A model generated the notes under the pieces. That model was not told the origin of the DNA. It ran no database searches and saw only the letters and a list, made by a program, of their open reading frames with translations. A program made the position numbers and the translations under genes. From Okamejei kenojei (taxonomy: Eukaryota), in NCBI GenBank assembly GCA_035221665.1, contig CM069148.1:35030001-35094000 (forward strand): DNA of 64,000 nt, read 5' to 3'. Position 1 is the stretch's first letter; each line of letters opens with the position of its first letter. Positions 62,815 through 64,000 of this stretch are shown here, in pieces.

Positions 62815-63896
62815 GTAAGCACAAATGGAAGAAGATGCAAAATGCTGGAGTAGTTCAATGGGGCAGGCAGCAGCATCTCAGGTGAAAATAGATAGCCGAT
62901 GCTTTGGGTCCAGACCCTTCTTCAGACTGATTGTAGGGAAGGAAGCGGGAAAGAAAACTGAAAGAGAGTAGGGTGCAGGACAAAATGTAGAAACAAAGAA
63001 ATGCAGATTTATACCAAATAAAAAATACAAAGCACTGGGGTAACTCAGTGGGTCAGGCAGCATCTCTGGAGTAAAATAATGGATGATGTTTTAGGTCGGG
63101 ACCCTTTTGAAGTCTGAGGAAGGGTCTCGACCTAAAATGTCACCTATCCATTTTATGCAGAGATGCTGCCTGACCCACTGAGTTACTCCAGAACTTTGTG
63201 TCTTTTAGGGGCAGGACAAAGCCTGACAGGTACTAGGCTGACACAGGTGAGGGGGTTATTTGCTGGGCAGATGGTTGGACAAAGGCCAGCGATGGTGTGA
63301 GACAAAAGATTGTGAAGCGAGTTGTGAAGATGGAGGAAGGAATGTTGGTGGAAATGGAGGAGGAGGGGAGAAGTAGATGCGACTTCAGTTGGGGCACAGA
63401 GGAGTGGAATGGAGGGGGAGGGGGGGGGCACTAGAGTCAAGTACAGGCACTGTAATAATTTAAAAGCCAAGATTGGACGACATATTTCCGATTATAGTCG
63501 AATTACCAGAGTCAGGCAGATTTCACTTCCACAGATGGTTTCTGCAAGCTCAACATCAATAGATTGCCAGTGGCCAGGAGACACAACTCACCTCTGACCA
63601 ACCATCATGAATACATGATGCCCAGAACAAAGGCATTTGGTTTTAACTTTGATCGTAAAATTGATGTAGGATGGATGAACAGACAGGCAGTAGAGTTTCT
63701 TCTACTTTCTTTATCAGATTCCCATACACTAAAGATGCTTTTACTAGATTTTAGCTGCAGTGTCCAATTCATGTTGCATAATATCCTTATTCAATATCAT
63801 GAAATTATGTAAAGATCCATGTAAATTGTTAATTGAACTGACTGCCCGATTTTTGCATCAATTATTAAATTTGGTATATTTTAATGTGTTGGACAG

Positions 63897-63957
63897 GTGA
63901 TGCGGGATATGTGTAAGCAGGGATACAGTGATGCCCTTGACTTTCTCAAGAGGAACG
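63897..63957 (+). CDS. PNPLA2: PNPLA2 coding exon 5; gene continues beyond the right end
   Basis: VMRDMCKQGYSDALDFLKRN(G); 61 nt, AG / GTGAGA. Confidence 0.93.
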
Positions 63958-64000
63958 GTGAGAATGGATTATTGCTTACGAACTATACTATCTAAGTGTG

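Overview
Vertebrate genomic DNA, most likely a cartilaginous fish (skate/ray), judged from the HE1/V-SINE, HER1/CR1, Rex-Babar and Penelope-type repeats. It holds three spliced genes in the order and orientation of human 11p15.5. PIDD1 is on the - strand, with three LRR-coding exons visible and the rest running off the left end. RPLP2 is on the + strand and complete (114 aa, TCT/TOP start in a CpG island). PNPLA2/ATGL is on the + strand, with five coding exons, a 25.5-kb first intron and the rest running off the right end. Introns and intergenic DNA are dense with retroelements and a few MITEs. Best second-look items: (1) a 73-nt antisense copy of a PIDD1 coding exon in the probable first intron, which could pair with its own exon; (2) many Penelope-derived termini with minimal hammerhead-ribozyme cores, often as ~200-nt palindromic elements with 14-19 bp TSDs; (3) a minisatellite-built CCAAT/GC-box array with 31/35/39-bp spacing at the RPLP2 promoter; (4) a ~360-bp inverted duplication in PNPLA2 intron 1; (5) an overlapping strong-Kozak uORF at the PIDD1 start. 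All alignments were made by eye and repeat boundaries are approximate.
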